Assembly (NCBI GenBank): GCA_965278965.1
Contig: OZ257127.1
Location: 2,808,567-2,872,566 of the forward strand
Length of the DNA: 64,000 nucleotides
Reading direction: 5' to 3'
DNA from: Actinomycetes bacterium
GTDB taxonomy: Bacteria; Actinomycetota; Actinomycetes; S36-B12
Part shown: positions 10,184 to 18,496 of the stretch, piece after piece
Layout: each line of letters begins with the position of its first letter
Position numbering within the stretch: the first letter of the stretch is position 1
Translations under genes and position numbers: made by a program
The notes under the pieces: model-generated
Seen by the model: the letters and a program-made list of their open reading frames with translations, nothing else
Databases searched by the model: none
What the model was told of the DNA's origin: nothing

Positions 10184-10477
10184 ATGGATGCGCGAACTGA
10201 CCAGACGATCTTCTCGGTCGTGGCGTCGCTGCATTCCGGTGACAGATCGACGCTGCTCGGACTCGCCTCGGCACTGCACCGTCGCGGTGTGGATGTCCTC
10301 ACCGCCGAGCTCACCTGCCCTGTCGAGGCCCGTCGGACCTTTGAGGCGACGATCCTGGCGACTGCCCGTCAGGCCGAGACCGTAGAAGCGACACTCCGCA
10401 ACCTTGTGCACGTCGCCGAGGTGAGGGTGGTGGCCTCCAGCGCCCTCATGGCGGTCGCTGGAGGCGCGATTGGGTAA
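10184..10477 (+). CDS. stand-alone ACT-domain protein (IlvN/AHAS small-subunit-like fold)
   Basis: 97-aa ORF with a GGAG RBS 7 nt upstream. Its beta-alpha-beta-beta-alpha-beta-like pattern (QTIFSVVASL..LLGLASALHRRGVDVLTAEL..FEATILA..ETVEATLRNLVHVAEVRVV) resembles ACT domains. No search was run. Confidence 0.5.
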   Translation: MDARTDQTIFSVVASLHSGDRSTLLGLASALHRRGVDVLTAELTCPVEARRTFEATILATARQAETVEATLRNLVHVAEVRVVASSALMAVAGGAIG

Positions 10478-10636
10478 GTCCAGTCCATGACCCAGATCGC
10501 GCAGCGGACACCGTTACCTCGGTGGTCGCTGTAGGGGCGTCGCAGCGCCCACGTCCGGCCGTTCCAGCGCACGCGGAGACCCCGACGTTCGCTGGACGAC
10601 CGACAGCCCCCGCCTACCGGCACAAGGAGCACAGCG

Positions 10637-11800
10637 ATGACAGCCACCACCCACGCCGAGCCACGACTGGACCTGCAGAGAAGCGGTCCGAGCGACTCGA
10701 GCAACGACCACCCTGCCGACCTGGAGACGCACTGGCTACCGGGTCGCCCGGAGCCGATCCAGTTCGTTACCCCGACCGGCGACATCACCGAGCTCGGACG
10801 CCGCCACCTCCCCGATGATCGCCTCGTCCGGTCGCTCTACCGCGACATGGCACGCGCCCGCCGCCTTGATCAGGAAGCGTTCGCCTTGCAGCGCCAGGGC
10901 GAGCTGGGCCTGTGGCTTCAGTCGTGGGGCCAAGAGGCCGCGCAGGTCGGCTCGATCCATGCGCTCGACGATGAGGACTGGGTGTTCCCGTCCTACCGCG
11001 AGCACGCCGCGGCCATGGTCCGCGGTGTCACCCCCAGCGAGCTGATGAGCCAGTGGCGTGGGTCGACGCACGCGGGATGGGACCCGGCTGCCTACCGCTT
11101 CCACTTCTACTCCCTCGTACTGGGGACGCAGACCCTTCATGCCGCGGGCTACGCCATGGGCGCCAAGCTCGACGGCGGACAACAGATCGTCGCGACGTAT
11201 TTCGGTGACGGCGCTGCGAGCCAAGGCGACGTGAATGAGGCTTTCAACTGGGCGGCAGCGAGAAGCCTGCCCGTCCTGTTCATCTGCCAGAACAACCAGT
11301 GGGCGATCTCGACGCCGACCTCTCTGCAGTACGGCGCACCGGTGCACCGGCGTGCAGCCGGGTTCGGGCTGCGCAGCTTCTACGTCGACGGCAACGACGT
11401 CCTCGCGGTGCACGCCGTGACCCGCGCCGCCGCGGCGCTCGTTCGGTCCGGCGAAGGGCCGGCGTTCATCGAAGCCGTGACATTCCGGATGGCCGGCCAC
11501 TCGACGTCGGACGACCCGAGCCGCTACCGCGACCCGTCCGAGTTTTCGGCGTGGGAAGCGCGAGATCCTCTGGTGCGGCTTCGAACGATGATGGAGCGCT
11601 CGGGCGTGCCACCAACGTACTTCGCCGACCTCGACGCCGAGCTCGAGGAGCTCGCCGTCGAGGTCCGCGCCGCCTGCCGAGCCCTCAAGGCGCCCGATCT
11701 GGACGAGGTCTTCGGCTACACGTACGCCGGTCCCCACCCCGCCGCCGACAGGGAGCGTGCGGATCGGCGCCGGTACCTCACGTCCATCGCGGAGGGCTGA
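10637..11800 (+). CDS. bkdA: branched-chain 2-oxoacid dehydrogenase E1 alpha subunit
   Basis: TPP motif GDGAASQGDVNEAFNWAA. AGGAG RBS upstream. Followed by the E1 beta and E2 genes. Confidence 0.85.
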   Translation: MTATTHAEPRLDLQRSGPSDSSNDHPADLETHWLPGRPEPIQFVTPTGDITELGRRHLPDDRLVRSLYRDMARARRLDQEAFALQRQGELGLWLQSWGQEAAQVGSIHALDDEDWVFPSYREHAAAMVRGVTPSELMSQWRGSTHAGWDPAAYRFHFYSLVLGTQTLHAAGYAMGAKLDGGQQIVATYFGDGAASQGDVNEAFNWAAARSLPVLFICQNNQWAISTPTSLQYGAPVHRRAAGFGLRSFYVDGNDVLAVHAVTRAAAALVRSGEGPAFIEAVTFRMAGHSTSDDPSRYRDPSEFSAWEARDPLVRLRTMMERSGVPPTYFADLDAELEELAVEVRAACRALKAPDLDEVFGYTYAGPHPAADRERADRRRYLTSIAEG

Positions 11801-11801
11801 C

Positions 11802-12824
11802 GTGACCGCGAGCCTCAGCCCGACCGCGACGGCGTCCCCGACGACGGGACCTGTCTCGATGACCCTGGGCAAGGCGCTCAACGCCGGACTTCGTCGAGCC
11901 ATGCGAGACGACCCCAGGGTCCTCATCATGGGCGAAGACGTGGGCGCCCTGGGCGGCGTCTTCCGGGTCACCGACGGGCTGCAGAAGGAGTTCGGCGACG
12001 ATCGGGTGATCGACTCGCCCCTGGCGGAGTCGGCGATCATCGGCACCGCGATCGGACTCGCGCTCAAGGGCTACCGCCCGGTCTGCGAGATCCAGTTCGA
12101 CGGCTTCGTCTACCCGGCCTTCGACCAGATCGTCTCCCAGCTCGCCAAGATGCGCGCACGATCCGGTGGGCGCGTCACGCTCCCGGTCGTCGTCCGGATC
12201 CCGGCAGGCGGTGGGATCGGCGCCGTCGAGCACCACAGCGAGTCCAATGAGGCCTACTTCGCTCACACAGCAGGGCTACGGGTTGTGTCGTGCTCGAACC
12301 CTCGAGACGGCTATGGCCTCCTGCGTGCGGCGATCCGCAGCGACGACCCCGTGATCTTCTTCGAGCCCAAGCGGCGGTACTGGGACAAGGGCGACGTTGA
12401 TCTCGATGCGGATCCGGCATCGCTCGACCGTGCCCGCGTGTGTCGAACGGGTACCGACGTGACACTCGTCGCCCATGGGCCGTCGGTGAGCGTTGCGCTC
12501 GCGGCAGCAGACGCGGCCGCGGAGGACGGGTTCTCGGTGGGCGTCGTCGACCTTCGGACCCTGTCACCGCTGGACGTCGACACCCTGCGAAGCTGCGCCG
12601 AGTCGACCGGACGGGTTGTCGTCGTCCACGAGGCGACGACGTTCCTCGGCATCGGCGCGGAGATCTCCGCCACCATCACAGAGTCGTGCTTCTACGCGCT
12701 GCAGGCGCCCGTCCTCCGCGTGGGCGCGTACAACTTCCCGTACCCGCCTGCGAACGTCGAGGACCAGTTCCTTCCGGACGTAGACCGCGTGCTCGACGCC
12801 ATCGACAAGTCCCTGTCGTTCTGA
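11802..12824 (+). CDS. bkdB: branched-chain 2-oxoacid dehydrogenase E1 beta subunit
   Basis: Typical E1-beta sequence (MGEDVGALGGVFRVTDGL..EQ..). GTG 11802 lies 1 nt after the E1-alpha TGA and is in frame with ORF 11757-12824. Confidence 0.85.
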   Translation: MTASLSPTATASPTTGPVSMTLGKALNAGLRRAMRDDPRVLIMGEDVGALGGVFRVTDGLQKEFGDDRVIDSPLAESAIIGTAIGLALKGYRPVCEIQFDGFVYPAFDQIVSQLAKMRARSGGRVTLPVVVRIPAGGGIGAVEHHSESNEAYFAHTAGLRVVSCSNPRDGYGLLRAAIRSDDPVIFFEPKRRYWDKGDVDLDADPASLDRARVCRTGTDVTLVAHGPSVSVALAAADAAAEDGFSVGVVDLRTLSPLDVDTLRSCAESTGRVVVVHEATTFLGIGAEISATITESCFYALQAPVLRVGAYNFPYPPANVEDQFLPDVDRVLDAIDKSLSF

Positions 12825-12870
12825 CCGATGAGTCCCTGACGGGGCGCTACTGAAGCTGAGGCCACTGACC

Positions 12871-14148
12871 ATGAACGCGTCGTACCAGTTCACGCTGCCG
12901 GATGTCGGCGAAGGGTTGACTGAGGCGGAGGTCACCTCGTGGCGCGTCGCTGTCGGCGACGACGTTGCTATCAACGACGTGATTGCGGAAATTGAGACCG
13001 CAAAGTCGCTCGTCGAGCTGCCCTCCCCGGTCGCCGGGGTTGTGCAGCAGATCCTGGTCGAGGTCGGTGCCACAGTGCCGGTCGGTACGCCCCTCATCGC
13101 GATCGGGCCCGGCCCCGCGGCAGACGAGACCGATGTGTTCGAGGGCGCACTGGATCTGGAGGGCGAAGCCGAGGAGAAGCCTCAGGTCCTCGTCGGCCCG
13201 GGGCCAAAGAGCGCGGCCGCACGCCGTCGCCGGCTCGGTGCCCATCGCGAGGTGAGCGAAGAACCTCGCCCACGAGCCAGGACGACGCCGCCGGTTCGGA
13301 TGCTGGCGAAGCAGCTCGGCGTCGACCTGGACGAGCTCGCCGCGATGACCGGCGGCTTCGTCTCTCGCGATGATGTCGAGCGCGCAGGCAGCGCTCGACG
13401 AGACCCAGCCGACCCCCGGCTTGCCCCTGGCCGCGACGACCCGCTTGCACGCGAGACCCGGGTCCCGATCCGCGGCGTGCGGAAGGCCACCGCGGCCGCG
13501 ATGGTGCAGTCGGCGTTCACCGCGCCACACGTGACCGAGTGGCTCGCGGTCGACATGACCCGCTCAATGGAGTTGGTCCGCCGGCTCAAGAACGACCGAG
13601 CGTGGGCGGGAGTCCGGGTCTCGCCACTGGTCGTTGTGGCGCGCGCGTTCCTGCTCGCGGTCCGGTCATTCCCGGAGGTCAACGCGAGCTGGGACGACGA
13701 ACTCGACGAGATCGTCCGCAAGCACTACGTGAACCTCGGCATCGCGGCCGCGACCCCGCGTGGGCTCCTCGTGCCGAACATCAAGGACGCGCACGCCCTC
13801 GACCTGCGAGCGCTAGCGCACGCGCTCGCCGACCTCGTGGAGACCGCACGTGCAGGCAGGACCCAGCCGTCAGACGTCGCGGGCGGGACGATCTCGATCA
13901 CGAACATCGGCGCCCTCGGCGTCGACGCCGGCACACCCATCCTCAACCCGGGCGAAGCGGCGATCCTCGCGTTCGGTGCGGTTCGGCCGCTTCCATGGGT
14001 CGTCGACGGGGAGATCTGCGTGCGAGACGTCACGCAGCTCGCGATGTCGTTCGACCATCGGCTCGTCGATGGCGAGCTCGGATCACAGGTCCTCGTCCGG
14101 ACTGGTGAGATCCTCAGCGACCCCGGGACCACGCTGCTCTACGCGTGA
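12871..14148 (+). CDS. bkdC: dihydrolipoamide acyltransferase E2 component
   Basis: N-terminal lipoyl domain (EIETAKSLVELPSPVAG), a Pro/Ala-rich linker, an E3-binding segment and the catalytic SFDHRLVDG motif. Confidence 0.85.
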   Translation: MNASYQFTLPDVGEGLTEAEVTSWRVAVGDDVAINDVIAEIETAKSLVELPSPVAGVVQQILVEVGATVPVGTPLIAIGPGPAADETDVFEGALDLEGEAEEKPQVLVGPGPKSAAARRRRLGAHREVSEEPRPRARTTPPVRMLAKQLGVDLDELAAMTGGFVSRDDVERAGSARRDPADPRLAPGRDDPLARETRVPIRGVRKATAAAMVQSAFTAPHVTEWLAVDMTRSMELVRRLKNDRAWAGVRVSPLVVVARAFLLAVRSFPEVNASWDDELDEIVRKHYVNLGIAAATPRGLLVPNIKDAHALDLRALAHALADLVETARAGRTQPSDVAGGTISITNIGALGVDAGTPILNPGEAAILAFGAVRPLPWVVDGEICVRDVTQLAMSFDHRLVDGELGSQVLVRTGEILSDPGTTLLYA

Positions 14149-14171
14149 CGGCACGGGTGTGCCGAGGCGCC

Positions 14172-15173
14172 TCAGTGGGCTACCACGACGTCGCGCCGGC
14201 CGATCCGTCGCCGGAAGACCCAGTACGTCCAGCCCTGGTAGATGACGACGACCGGCAGGAGCGCGGCCGTGGCCCAGGTCATGATCGTGAGCGTGTAGGG
14301 CGATGACGCGGTGTCGGCGACCGTGAGCGACCACCGCGGGGCGAGGGTGGACGGCACGACGTCCGGGTAGAGGCTGAGGAACACGGCAGCGACGCTGGAG
14401 GCGATCGCGGCCATTGTGCAGACGAAGGCCCAACCCTCCCGACCGCGAGCAGTGGCCATCACCGTGGCGGCCAGCCCGACGACGACGATCGCGAGTGCCG
14501 CGACGGCGCCGGTTGTACGCGACGGCACGTCGACGGCGACGGCGCATGCGATCAGAGCGACCCCGGCGAGTGGCGCCGACACGAACGGGATACGGCGTGC
14601 CCGGCTGCGGATCTCGCCCTCCGTCTTGAGCGACACGAAGACGGCGCCGTGCGTCAGGCACAGCAGGACCATCGTGGTCGCGCCCAGGAGGGAGACAGGC
14701 GTGATCGCGGAGCTCGCGGATGCGACGGCGACGCCGGAGGCGTCGACCGGAAGGCCGCCGACGAGCGTGGCGAGCACGGCACCCCAGCCGGCGGCCGGGA
14801 CGATCGAGCCGACCACGATCGCGCCGTCCCACAGGGCGTGCCACCGCGGGTCGTCGCGCTTGTGCCGGAACTCGAATGCGACGCCGCGCACGACCAGCGA
14901 GAGGACGATGCACAGGACCGGCAGGTAGAGGGCGCTCAGGAGCGTCGCGTACCAGCCGGGGAACGCGGCGAACATCGCGCCGACAGCCGCCAGCAGCCAG
15001 ACCTCGTTGCCATCCCAGACGGGGCCGATGGTGTTGATGAGGACGCGGCGGTCGGTGTCGTCCCGCCCGATCAGGGGCAGGAGCATGCCGACGCCGAAGT
15101 CGAACCCCTCGAGCGCGAGGTAGCCGACCCAGAGCACGGCGATGGCGACGAACCAGACGAGCGTGAGGTCCAC
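14172..15173 (-). CDS. cydB: cytochrome bd ubiquinol/menaquinol oxidase subunit II
   Basis: 333-aa polytopic membrane protein directly downstream of cydA, with the typical N-terminus (WFVAIAVLWVGYLALEGFDFGVGML). Confidence 0.9.
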   Translation of the reverse strand: MDLTLVWFVAIAVLWVGYLALEGFDFGVGMLLPLIGRDDTDRRVLINTIGPVWDGNEVWLLAAVGAMFAAFPGWYATLLSALYLPVLCIVLSLVVRGVAFEFRHKRDDPRWHALWDGAIVVGSIVPAAGWGAVLATLVGGLPVDASGVAVASASSAITPVSLLGATTMVLLCLTHGAVFVSLKTEGEIRSRARRIPFVSAPLAGVALIACAVAVDVPSRTTGAVAALAIVVVGLAATVMATARGREGWAFVCTMAAIASSVAAVFLSLYPDVVPSTLAPRWSLTVADTASSPYTLTIMTWATAALLPVVVIYQGWTYWVFRRRIGRRDVVVAH

Positions 15174-15181
15174 CGGTCCTC

Positions 15182-16639
15182 CTAGTAGGCGAACGTCAGG
15201 ACGGGTGGGCGTTCGTGGGGATCGTGCTGGTCCTCATAGGGATCGGCGTACGGCGGAGCTCCCGCCCGGACGGTGCGCACGATCAGGCCGAGCTCGACGA
15301 CGGCGAGGACGGCGTACACGGCCGTGAGCGTCGCCAGCGAGATCGCGGCGGACGCGACGTCGACGCCGGGGGAGACGGCGTTGTCGGTGGTCAGCACGCC
15401 GAACACGACCCACGGCTGACGGCCGACCTCGGTGAAGATCCAGCCGAACGAGCTGCCGGCAACGGCTGCGACGGGCAGGGCCACGGCCAACGGACCGACC
15501 CACCGCGCACGGGGTATCCGGCCGCGTCGGGTGAGCCACAGCAGCAGCCCGGCACCGGCCGCCGCGGACATCCCCAGCCCGATCATGAGCCGGAACGCCC
15601 AGTAGGTCACGGGGACTGGCGGCACGTAGTCACCGGGCTGGTAGGCCGGGGACGCCGGATCGGCGCCGTACGTAGCCCGGTACTCCGCTCGGAGGTCGTC
15701 GATACCGGCGACCGACCCGGCGAAGGACCCCGTGCCCAGGAACGACAGCAGGCAGGGCACGGTGATTGACCACCGCTCCCGCTCGCCGTCCAGCGAGCCC
15801 ACGGTCAGGATCGAGAACGGCGCGCAGCTGTCCCGTGACTCGTACAGGCCTTCGGCCGCGGCCATCTTCATCGGCTGGACCTCGGTCATCACCTTGCCCT
15901 GGGCGTCGCCGGAGAACGCGACACCGAGGCCCGCGACGAGGGACACGCTCGCACCGACCCTGAGGGCCGTCAGGTACATCGGGCGGTCTGCGCGGAACCG
16001 CTCGCGAGTGCACAGCCACGCCCCGACGGCGACGAGGAACGTCCCGGCGGTCAGGTAGGACGCGAGGACGACGTGCGGGAACGTGACGAGCTGGACGGGA
16101 TTCAGCAGCACGGCACCGAAGTCGGTCAGGACGGCGCGGCCGGTCGCGTCGTCGATGCGGTAGCCGACCGGGTTCTGCATCCAGGAGTTCGCCGCGAGGA
16201 TGAAGAACGCCGACGCCAGCGTCCCGATGTGGACGACCCACATGCAGGCGGCGTGGACCGCGCGTGGCAGCCGTCCCCACCCGAAGATCCACAAACCGAG
16301 GAAGGTCGACTCGAGGAAGAACGCCAGCAGCGCTTCCAGCGCTAGCGGTGCACCGAAGACGTCGCCCACGAAGCGCGAGTAGGCACTCCAGTTCATCCCG
16401 AACTGGAACTCCTGCACGATCCCCGTCACCACGCCGACGGCGAAGTTGATCAGGAGCAGGGTGCCGAAGAAGCGGGTCAGACGCAGGAGCTCGGGTCGGC
16501 GGCTCACGATCCACCACGTCTCGAATGCGGCCACCAGGCCCGTGAGCCCGATGGTCAGGGGGACGAAGAGGAAGTGGAAGACCGTCACGGCGCCGAACTG
16601 GAGCCTGGCGATGTCCACGACGTCCACGCGGTCCTCCAT
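15182..16639 (-). CDS. cydA: cytochrome bd oxidase subunit I
   Basis: 485-aa protein with ARLQFGAVTVFHFLFVPLTIG and a Q-loop region. The start may lie slightly downstream, because no SD precedes ATG 16639. Confidence 0.9.
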   Translation of the reverse strand: MEDRVDVVDIARLQFGAVTVFHFLFVPLTIGLTGLVAAFETWWIVSRRPELLRLTRFFGTLLLINFAVGVVTGIVQEFQFGMNWSAYSRFVGDVFGAPLALEALLAFFLESTFLGLWIFGWGRLPRAVHAACMWVVHIGTLASAFFILAANSWMQNPVGYRIDDATGRAVLTDFGAVLLNPVQLVTFPHVVLASYLTAGTFLVAVGAWLCTRERFRADRPMYLTALRVGASVSLVAGLGVAFSGDAQGKVMTEVQPMKMAAAEGLYESRDSCAPFSILTVGSLDGERERWSITVPCLLSFLGTGSFAGSVAGIDDLRAEYRATYGADPASPAYQPGDYVPPVPVTYWAFRLMIGLGMSAAAGAGLLLWLTRRGRIPRARWVGPLAVALPVAAVAGSSFGWIFTEVGRQPWVVFGVLTTDNAVSPGVDVASAAISLATLTAVYAVLAVVELGLIVRTVRAGAPPYADPYEDQHDPHERPPVLTFAY

Positions 16640-16640
16640 C

Positions 16641-16680
16641 TACTACGTTGCGTAGTAACTACGACAGAGAGTAGTACTAC
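16641..16680. promoter_or_regulatory. Array of overlapping palindromes built from TACTAC/GTAGTA; candidate BlaI-family operator
   Basis: TACTACG-N3-CGTAGTA at 16641-16657, ACTAC-N8-GTAGT at 16658-16675, and the self-complementary GTAGTACTAC at 16671-16680. It fills the 65-bp cydA/blaI divergent intergenic region and starts 2 nt from the cydA ATG. Confidence 0.5.
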
Positions 16681-16704
16681 ACCATGCGTAGGTATGCTTG
16701 ACCC

Positions 16705-17100
16705 GTGGTCATCCCCTTCACCGGCCGGCTGGGCGAGCTCGAGCGCGCGATCATGGACCGGCTGTGGGATGCCTACGAGTCCGAGGCCACGGCAACGGTG
16801 ACGGTGCGCGACCTGCACCAGGCACTGGAAATGGACCGGAGGCTCGCGTACACGACGGTCATGACCGTCCTGGATCGGCTGGCGCGCAAGGAGCTTGTCG
16901 TCCAGGAGCGTGACGGTCGGGCGTACCGGTACCGCGCCCGTGCCGGTCGCGCCGCAATGACGGCCACGCTCATGCACGACACGCTCGACGACTTTGCTCA
17001 CGAGGACCGGCGCACGGCGCTCGTCGCGTTCGTCGACGTCGCGAGCCCTGACGAGATCGAGGCGCTGCGCCAGGCGCTCGACGCAGTCCGACCGACGTGA
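16705..17100 (+). CDS. BlaI/MecI/CopY family transcriptional repressor
   Basis: Winged-helix N-terminus (LGELERAIMDRLW..TVRDLHQAL..AYTTVMTVLDRLARKELV). Its stop overlaps the start of the M56 protease gene. Confidence 0.85.
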   Translation: MVIPFTGRLGELERAIMDRLWDAYESEATATVTVRDLHQALEMDRRLAYTTVMTVLDRLARKELVVQERDGRAYRYRARAGRAAMTATLMHDTLDDFAHEDRRTALVAFVDVASPDEIEALRQALDAVRPT

Positions 17101-18002
17101 CGGCGGGCATCCTCGCGCTCCTGGCTGTCCTGCTGGCCGGACCTGTTCCGGCCGGTCTGGCACGGATGCCCGACCTCCGGCGCACGCCCCTCGCCGCTGT
17201 CGTGCTCTGGCAGGGCACGGCACTCGCCGCTGTGCTCGCGGCGGTCGGGGCGGGGCTGGCGCTGGCGACCGACCGGACGTGGAGCTCCGACTCAGGGCCG
17301 CTGGCGAACGTGGTCTCGGTGACCGCCGCCGCGTTGTCGGGTGTCGTGATCGTCCGCCTGCTGGCGAGCGGTCACGCCGTCGGCACGCGGATCCGCTCGA
17401 AGCGAAGGCGCTTCCGGCTCCACGTCGACCTGCTTGCTCACCACGACCGCGACCGGCCCGGCGTTCTCGTCGTCGACCACGACACTCCCGTCGCGTATTG
17501 CCTGCCGGCGATGGCGGCGTCTCGGGTCGTCGTCTCGACCGGGACGGTCCGCCGCCTCACCTCCGCCGAGCTGGATGCGGTCGTCTCCCACGAGCGGGCG
17601 CACGTCCGCGCTCGTCACGACCTCGTCCTCGAAGTGTTCGCCGTCATCTGGCGCGCGTTCCCGCGCGGTGTCTCCAGCCGCGCTGCCCTCGACGAGGTCT
17701 CCGTCCTCGTCGAGGTGCTGGCGGATCGGGCCGCGGCTCGGCGCCACGGCGCCGAGCCGGTGGCACACGCTCTCGTCACGTTGGCGACGGGGAACGGGGC
17801 GATGGTCGCGGCTGACGGCGTCGGGCTGGACCTACGCGGCTCGACCCGCGCGGCCCTCGCCCGCGTCCGTCTGCTCGGCCAGGACGCACGGCCGCTCGCA
17901 GACGCCTTCCAGTCCGTCGGCCTCATCGTCGCGGCAGCGGCGATCCTGGTCCTGCCGACCGTGCTCGTCGTCCGTCCCTGGATCGCGTCGATCGCCGGTT
18001 GA
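17097..18002 (+). CDS. M56-family (BlaR1-like) membrane zinc metalloprotease without an obvious sensor domain
   Basis: N-terminal TM helices and an HERAHVRARHD (HExxH) motif. GTGA overlap with blaI. Confidence 0.8.
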   Translation: MTAGILALLAVLLAGPVPAGLARMPDLRRTPLAAVVLWQGTALAAVLAAVGAGLALATDRTWSSDSGPLANVVSVTAAALSGVVIVRLLASGHAVGTRIRSKRRRFRLHVDLLAHHDRDRPGVLVVDHDTPVAYCLPAMAASRVVVSTGTVRRLTSAELDAVVSHERAHVRARHDLVLEVFAVIWRAFPRGVSSRAALDEVSVLVEVLADRAAARRHGAEPVAHALVTLATGNGAMVAADGVGLDLRGSTRAALARVRLLGQDARPLADAFQSVGLIVAAAAILVLPTVLVVRPWIASIAG

Positions 18003-18148
18003 CCGTTTCGGTGGTCCACGGCCCGCTTCCGAGGTGTAGTTGCGCAGTCTCACGCGCACGGTCGCCAGTCTCGTGCCCACAGCTTGACCAAAGGATGGGT
18101 CCGTCGGGGTCGATCGGTGCGCTCGGGGAATCAGGGTCGGATCTCGAG

Positions 18149-18190
18149 CGGCCCTGGCAGGACTCGAGCCCGCGACACAAGGCCTAGGAA
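18149..18190 (-). repeat. Decayed copy of the 3' 42 nt of tRNA-Arg(CCT), anticodon loop to acceptor end; att-like remnant
   Basis: 35/42 identical to 24983-25024 in the same orientation. The anticodon stem no longer pairs and no 5' half is present. Confidence 0.6.
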
Positions 18191-18496
18191 CTGTCGAAGC
18201 CGGTGAGGATAGTTCTTGGGCAGCAGGGGAAACCACCCTTCCTGACTGGCGCCGAGATTCGCGCAGCCACAGCAGGCGTCCTGCGGGAATGCGACGGACT
18301 GCCGGGGCTGTCGAGCTGGGCAGCTCGCCTCTCGCGGGGTTCTATGGCGACCGGAACGACCGGAACTCCGAAATGTTGAGGGCTTCTTCTACAGCTGCGA
18401 CGAGCACGAGCACGAGCACGAGAGCGGCGGCCCGGCCACGGCCAGCGTCGACCTCGCGGGTTGACTGCCCGCACAGCGAACTTCTACGGTGCCCGT

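Noticed and set aside
18401-18424. Tandem hexamer (CGAGCA)x3 plus CGAGAG, checked as a possible CRISPR or VNTR.
   Set aside because: There are only about 4 contiguous units and no spacers, so it is a microsatellite and not a CRISPR array. No other repeat-spacer architecture exists in the window.
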